A DNA stretch of 13,115 nt, from the NCBI GenBank assembly GCA_016184305.1, contig JACPCX010000042.1, positions 1 through 13,115 of the forward strand, read 5' to 3'. The translations under genes were made by a program, and so were the position numbers. The DNA comes from Candidatus Rokuibacteriota bacterium (GTDB taxonomy: Bacteria; Methylomirabilota; Methylomirabilia; Rokubacteriales; CSP1-6). The notes beneath the pieces are model-generated. The model worked only from the letters and a program-made list of their open reading frames with translations. It ran no database searches and had not been told where the DNA came from. This document shows, piece by piece, positions 7,936-13,115 of the stretch. Every line of letters starts with the position of its first letter. Position 1 is the stretch's first letter.

Positions 7936-10900
7936 ATGAAATACGCGGACCTGATCCAGTTCGACCCCATCGAGACGGTCGTCCAGCTTCGTGACGCCGA
8001 CAAGGTCGCCGCCGCCCGCCGCCTGGTCTCGACGTATGTCATCTCGGACACGATGGCCGACAAGCTGGCGAACCTCGTGTTCGCCCACCTCCAGTTCGAG
8101 CAGCCTCAAGACAACAAGGGTCTCCTCATTGTCGGCAACTACGGCACCGGAAAGTCGCACCTGATGTCGGTGATCTCAGCGGTGGCCGAGCACGCCGACC
8201 TGGTGCAGGTTCTTCGCCACACAGATGTTGCTAAGGCCGCAGGGAGGGTGGCCGGGAAATTCAAGGTGGTCCGGGTCGAGATCGGCGCCACGACGATGTC
8301 GCTACGCGACCTTTTGTGCCAGGAGCTCGAGGAACACCTCGCGCGGCTCGGCGCCCCTTTCGCGTTCCCCTCCGCCGGCGAGGTCAGGAGTCACAAGCCG
8401 CTGTTCGAGCAAATGATGGCGGCGTTCCAGCAGCGCTGGCCCGACCACGGGCTCCTGCTCGTCGTCGACGAGCTCCTCGACTACCTGCGCACCCGGACGG
8501 ACCATGCCCTGATCCTGGACCTCGGCTTCCTGCGCGAGATCGGGGAGGTCTGCCGGGATCTCCGATTCCGCTTCGTCGGCGGCATCCAGGAGATGCTCTT
8601 CGACAATCCGCGCTTCCAGTTCGTGGCCGACAGCATGAGGAGAGTCAAGGACCGCTTCGAGCAGGTACTCATCGCCAGGGACGACATCAAGCACGTTGTG
8701 GCCGAGCGGCTCCTGCGCAAGACATCCGAACAGCAGGCGCTGATTCGCCAGCACCTGCAGCCGTTCGCCAAGTTCTACGGGGCGATGAACGAGCGTATGG
8801 ACGAGTTCGCCCGTCTGTTCCCGGTGCATCCCGACTACATCGCCACCTTCGAGCAGATTCGCGTCGTCGAGAAGCGGGAAGTCCTGAAAACGCTGTCGAA
8901 CTCCATGAAGCAGCTCTTGCCGCAGGAGGTCTCGGCGAACGACCCGGGCCTGCTCGCCTACGACACTTACTGGGCGGCCATCCGTGAGAATCCCTCGTTC
9001 AACGCAATCCCCGACGTCAAGGCAGTCATCGACTGCAGCCAGGTGCTGGAAGGCCGCGTTCAGCAGGCGTTCACACGGCCGGCGTCTCGGCCGATGGCCC
9101 TGCGGATCATCCATGGCCTGAGCGTCCACCGCCTCACGACCGGTGAGATCGACAGCCCTCTCGGGGCCACTGCCGCTGAGCTGCGGGACGGCTTATGCCT
9201 GTACCAGCCCGGGATCGAGCAGATGGGCGGGGTCCCAGCAGATGACTTGCTCGGGCAGATCGAGGTAGTGCTCCGCGAGATCGTCAAGACCGTTAGCGGT
9301 CAGTTCATCTCCCTGAATACCGAGAACCAGCAGTACCACCTCGACCTCAAGAAGACCGCGGACTACGACGCGCTCATCGACAAGCGCGCCGAGACGCTTG
9401 GGAGCGATCTCCTCGACCGCTATTACTTCGACGCGCTAAAGCGCGTCATGGAGTGTGCAGACGTCACCGTGGTCAACGGCTACCGTATCTGGGAGCACGA
9501 GTTGGAATGGCGCGAGCGGAAGGCTGCGCGCCTGGGCTATCTCTTCTTCGGCGCGCCGAACGAGCGGTCGACGGCGCAACCCCCGCGCGACTTCTACCTG
9601 TATTTTCTCCAGCCCCACGACCCACCCCCCTTCAGGGATGAGCGGCGGGGCGACGAAGTGTTCTTCCGCCTGAGCGCCCCGGACGATGAGTTCCGGGACG
9701 CTCTGCGCCGGTACGCGGGAGCGCGCGACCTGACGGGCACGTCATCGGGCCAGGCCAAGAAGACTTACGAGGACAAGGCCGAGGGCGCGCTTGGCAAGCT
9801 GACCGGGTGGCTCCGAGATCACATGACGACGGCCTTCCAGGTCGCCCACCAGGGGCGCCAGAAGCCCTTGCTCGAGTGGGTCAAGGGGAAGGTCCCACCG
9901 AGATCCGGCGCGAGCATCAACGTCCGTGACCTCGTGAACGCCGTGGGGTCAATCTGCCTCGTTTCCTCCTTCGAGGAGCAGAGCCCGGACTACCCGACCT
10001 TCTCGATCCTCATCACCAGCGATAACCGGAAGCAGGCCGCCCAGGACGCCTTGCGCTGGCTCACCGGCCGCCAGCAGACGAAGCAGGGGGCCGCCGTGCT
10101 CGACGCGCTCGAGCTGCTCGACGGCGAGAAGCTTCGTCCGCAGTCGTCGAAGTATGCCCGGCACATTCTTGACCTGCTCGGACAGAAGGGCCACGGCCAG
10201 GTGCTCAACCGGCCGGAGCTGATCCACGACGTCCTTGGCGTGGAGTACGACATGAAGTTCCGTCTCGATCCCGAGTGGGTCGTCGTTCTCCTGGCTTCGC
10301 TGGTCTACACCGGGGACCTGACGCTGAGCCTGCTCGGCAAGAAGTTCGACGCAAGCGGGCTCGACCAGCTGGCCGCCACGCCCGTCGACGACCTGATCGC
10401 CTTCAAGCACGCCGAACGACCGAAGGAGTGGAACCTCCCCGCAATCAAGGCGCTCTTCGAGCTGGTGGACCTGCCCACTGGCCTGGCCACCCAGATTACC
10501 CAAGGAAGCGACGAGCCAATCGTGGCGCTGGCGACCGAGGTCGCCAAGCGCGTCGAGCGGATCGTGGTCGCTCAGCAGAAGCTGCAGGACGGGTTGGCCT
10601 TCTGGGGCAAGGCCGTCCTCGCGGAGAACGAGCAGGCGGACATCGGTCAGCGGCTCGTCAAGACCAAGGCCTTCCTCGAGTCCCTCCAGGCGTACAACTC
10701 AGCGGGGAAGCTCAAGAACTTCCGCTACACCGCCGACGAGGTGACGGCCCAACGGATCGGCCTGGATTCGCTTCGCGAAGTCGAGGGTCTGACGGAGCTG
10801 GTCGCCGATCTCGCTCCGGCAGCGGCCTATCTCATGACGGCAGAGCACGTCCTGCCGGCCACCCACTCCTGGGTGTCCACCATGCAGACCCAGAAAGCCC

Positions 10901-11643
10901 AGATCATGGCCGAGGTCGGTAGCCCGCAGAGACGGACATCGCCGTCGTTCCGCCAGCAAGTGGCCCAGCGCCTCGGTGCGCTGAAGGCAGACTACGTCGA
11001 GACCTACCTGCTCGAGCACGCCAAAGGGCGCCTCGACGCCACCGTCGACAGGCGCAAGACCAAGCTGATGAAGGATGGGCGCCTGGACCGGCTCTCCAAG
11101 CTCTCGGCCATCGAGCTGATGCCGCGCCAGCAGCTCATCGATGTCCGGGAGCGCCTCGCCACCCTGAAGCCGTGCTACGCCGTCGGCAAGCCCGAGCTCG
11201 AGGCCGACCCGGTGTGCCTGCACTGCCAGCTCCGTCCGGCGAACGAGCCTCCGGCCGCTCCCGCCTCGGCCCAACTCGCCCAGCTCGACCAAGAGCTGGA
11301 CACGCTCTTTAGCGACTGGACGCGCGCGCTCCTGGCGAACCTGGAGGACCCGACCACCAAGGGCAACCTCGCCCTGCTCAAGCCGGCGCAGGGCAAGGCG
11401 ATCGAGGCGTTTCTCAAGTCACGCACGCTGCCTGACGATCTCAGCAACACCTTCATCCAGGCCGTCCAGGAGGTGCTCTCCGGCCTGCAGAAGGTCGTGG
11501 TCACTGGCGCCGACCTTCGCACCGCTCTCCTGGCGGGAGGGTCGCCGGTCACCCCCGTCGAGCTGAAGAAACGCTTCGACGACTACCTCGCCGGCCTGGC
11601 AAAGGGCAAGGACCCGGCCAAGATCAGGATCGTCATCGAGTAG
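7936..11643 (+). CDS. brxC: BREX type 3 large P-loop ATPase (BrxC/PglY, DUF6079 family)
   Basis: 1235 aa. [18 protein letters not shown] start, Walker A GNYGTGKS, Walker [33 protein letters not shown]-terminal CLHC and IRIVIE. Lies downstream of brxF. Confidence 0.88.
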   Translation: MKYADLIQFDPIETVVQLRDADKVAAARRLVSTYVISDTMADKLANLVFAHLQFEQPQDNKGLLIVGNYGTGKSHLMSVISAVAEHADLVQVLRHTDVAKAAGRVAGKFKVVRVEIGATTMSLRDLLCQELEEHLARLGAPFAFPSAGEVRSHKPLFEQMMAAFQQRWPDHGLLLVVDELLDYLRTRTDHALILDLGFLREIGEVCRDLRFRFVGGIQEMLFDNPRFQFVADSMRRVKDRFEQVLIARDDIKHVVAERLLRKTSEQQALIRQHLQPFAKFYGAMNERMDEFARLFPVHPDYIATFEQIRVVEKREVLKTLSNSMKQLLPQEVSANDPGLLAYDTYWAAIRENPSFNAIPDVKAVIDCSQVLEGRVQQAFTRPASRPMALRIIHGLSVHRLTTGEIDSPLGATAAELRDGLCLYQPGIEQMGGVPADDLLGQIEVVLREIVKTVSGQFISLNTENQQYHLDLKKTADYDALIDKRAETLGSDLLDRYYFDALKRVMECADVTVVNGYRIWEHELEWRERKAARLGYLFFGAPNERSTAQPPRDFYLYFLQPHDPPPFRDERRGDEVFFRLSAPDDEFRDALRRYAGARDLTGTSSGQAKKTYEDKAEGALGKLTGWLRDHMTTAFQVAHQGRQKPLLEWVKGKVPPRSGASINVRDLVNAVGSICLVSSFEEQSPDYPTFSILITSDNRKQAAQDALRWLTGRQQTKQGAAVLDALELLDGEKLRPQSSKYARHILDLLGQKGHGQVLNRPELIHDVLGVEYDMKFRLDPEWVVVLLASLVYTGDLTLSLLGKKFDASGLDQLAATPVDDLIAFKHAERPKEWNLPAIKALFELVDLPTGLATQITQGSDEPIVALATEVAKRVERIVVAQQKLQDGLAFWGKAVLAENEQADIGQRLVKTKAFLESLQAYNSAGKLKNFRYTADEVTAQRIGLDSLREVEGLTELVADLAPAAAYLMTAEHVLPATHSWVSTMQTQKAQIMAEVGSPQRRTSPSFRQQVAQRLGALKADYVETYLLEHAKGRLDATVDRRKTKLMKDGRLDRLSKLSAIELMPRQQLIDVRERLATLKPCYAVGKPELEADPVCLHCQLRPANEPPAAPASAQLAQLDQELDTLFSDWTRALLANLEDPTTKGNLALLKPAQGKAIEAFLKSRTLPDDLSNTFIQAVQEVLSGLQKVVVTGADLRTALLAGGSPVTPVELKKRFDDYLAGLAKGKDPAKIRIVIE

Positions 11644-11651
11644 CCAGCTGA

Positions 11652-12136
11652 ATGGCCGCCCGGTTCAGTGACGCGGAGATCGCGCAGCTGCTCGCGGAGG
11701 CGAAGCCCTTGCCCGACGACTACCAGGCGCGCCTCCAGCTTCGCAGCGGTCGGGTCACGAACGTGCCGAGTTGGACGTTCGCACTCCCTCGGGGAATCGC
11801 TTCCGAATCCTGCCCCGACAGAACATGCGCAATGCCCTGGACTTCTCGGCAATCATCGCCCACGCCCCATCAAACTCCAGCCTCTTCTTCCGGCTCCGTC
11901 GCTACAATGGCAGGAGCCATGAGCACACCAACCGGCTCGAAGGCACGACCTTCTACGATTTCCACATCCACATGGCCACCGAGCGCTATCAGGCCCTGGG
12001 AGCGAAGGAGGAATCCTTTGCCGAGCCGAGCGACCGCTTTGCCGATCTCCGCGGGGCTCTCGCCTGCTTGCTCGATGACTGCCCCTTCCGTCGGCCCGAC
12101 ACCCCCTCCTCGAAGGGCTCACGCCATGACTCCTGA
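11652..12136 (+). pseudogene. Small hypothetical His-motif protein (RRYNG-x-SHEHTN...FHIH), frameshifted near 11745
   Basis: Frame of 11652 gives MAARFSDAEIAQLLAEAKPLPDDYQARLQLR. The protein-like continuation is in the -1 frame: SGHERAELDVRT...LDFSAII...RLRRYNGRSHEHTNRLEGTTFYDFHIHMATERYQ. That frame has a stop at 11669 and no good start of its own. Confidence 0.65.
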
Positions 12137-12902
12137 GGCTGTCGAGCGAGACTTCCGCGAGAAGGTCTGCGACAAACTCCGCCTCGCCTCGGAGGGCCTC
12201 GACCGCTACCGGGTGTTCACCCCGTTCCAGTTCGAGGATGGCGACCATCTCGCCATCGTGCTCAAGCGCGAGGGCAGCACCTGGGTGCTCTCCGACGAGG
12301 GGCACACCTACATGCACCTCACGTACGAGCTCGACGAGCGCGATCTGCACAAGGGCACGCGCGAGAAGATCATCACCAATGCCCTGTCCGTGTTCGCTGT
12401 GGAGGATCGCGACGGTGAGTTGGTTCTCACGATCCCGGACCAGCGCTACGGGGACGCTCTCTACAACTTCGTCCAGGCACTCCTCAAGATCACGGACGTC
12501 ACTTATCTCTCCCGCGAGCGGGTCCGCTCCACGTTCCTCGAGGACTTCCGCGCGTTGATGGAGGAGACGGTGCCTGAGAGCCGGCGTGCTTTCGACTGGT
12601 ACCATCGCGAGCGCGATCCGGACGCCAAGTACGGCGTCGACTGCCGGATCAACTCGATGGCGCGGCCGCTCTTCGTCTTTGCCGTCCAGAACGACGACAA
12701 GGCGCGCGACACGACCATCACCTTGCACCAGTTCGAAAAGTGGGGCCTCGCCTTTCGCTCGGTGGCCGTCTTCGAGGACCAGGAGTCAATCAACCGACGG
12801 GTGCTGGCCCGATTCAGCGACGTGGGCGAGAAGCTCTTCTCGAGTCTGGGGGCGAACCGGGACCGCATCGTCCAGTACGTGCAGGACTCCATGAATGGCT
12901 GA
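12126..12902 (+). CDS. DUF1828-domain protein
   Basis: YRVFTPFQFEDGDHLAIVLKREGSTWVLSDEGHT matches the DUF1828 TPF-x-x-x-x-GD...LSD-x-G-x-T pattern. Likely start is ATG 12126 (258 aa), within ORF 11652..12902. Confidence 0.75.
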   Translation: MTPEAVERDFREKVCDKLRLASEGLDRYRVFTPFQFEDGDHLAIVLKREGSTWVLSDEGHTYMHLTYELDERDLHKGTREKIITNALSVFAVEDRDGELVLTIPDQRYGDALYNFVQALLKITDVTYLSRERVRSTFLEDFRALMEETVPESRRAFDWYHRERDPDAKYGVDCRINSMARPLFVFAVQNDDKARDTTITLHQFEKWGLAFRSVAVFEDQESINRRVLARFSDVGEKLFSSLGANRDRIVQYVQDSMNG

Positions 12903-13115
12903 ACGTAAGAAGTCGGGTTCGAAGAGTGCATCTGCGTCCCGGAAGCGGACTCCGAGGGCTCGTGCCAAGGGTCGCACCGGCGAGCTCTTCATCGAGGCCG
13001 GTGGCCAGCTCCGGCTGGCCGACAAGTCCGCCGAGCAGGTCGTCCTCGAGACCGGCCGCGTCGAGTGCCTCGGCCTGACTTTCGACGGCGAGGACGCGAG
13101 GCGGCAGCACTTCCT
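12895..13115 (+). CDS. pglXI: BREX type 3 DNA methyltransferase PglXI, N-terminal fragment (runs off the window)
   Basis: Manual translation from ATG 12895: MAERKKSGSKSASASRKRTPRARAKGRTGELFIEAGGQLRLADKSAEQVVLETGRVECLGLTFDGEDARRQHF. The VECLG-x-TF...ARR-x-x-F segment resembles BREX-3 methylase N-termini, and the position fits the brxF-brxC-pglXI order. Catalytic motifs are outside the window. Confidence 0.65.
   Translation, partial: MAERKKSGSKSASASRKRTPRARAKGRTGELFIEAGGQLRLADKSAEQVVLETGRVECLGLTFDGEDARRQHF

Noticed and set aside
11652..12902. 416-aa ORF as one natural protein
   Set aside because: The middle section is low-complexity off-frame translation, while the alternative frame carries the motif-rich sequence. 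Treated as two genes.

Overview
High-GC bacterial window in two parts. The left part (1-6117, + strand) is metabolic: the 3' end of a MoaD/ThiS sulfur carrier overlapped by a 75-bp tandem repeat, a tungsten-type aldehyde:ferredoxin oxidoreductase frameshifted by an exact 35-bp tandem duplication, a WCGD thioredoxin-like protein, a Phd/YefM-VapC toxin-antitoxin pair (palindromic operator, apparent CTG start), a short LigA-like ORF and an orphan xanthine dehydrogenase/CoxL-family large subunit. The right part (about 6120-13115) is a defence/accessory island: a frameshifted DUF4338/DruA-like remnant on the - strand, then a type 3 BREX locus (brxF, brxC/DUF6079, start of pglXI). Between brxC and pglXI sits a two-gene insert that is not part of canonical BREX-3: a frameshifted small His-motif protein and a DUF1828-type protein. 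This insert is the best candidate for a poorly described defence module. Family calls come from motif recognition by eye; no searches were run.
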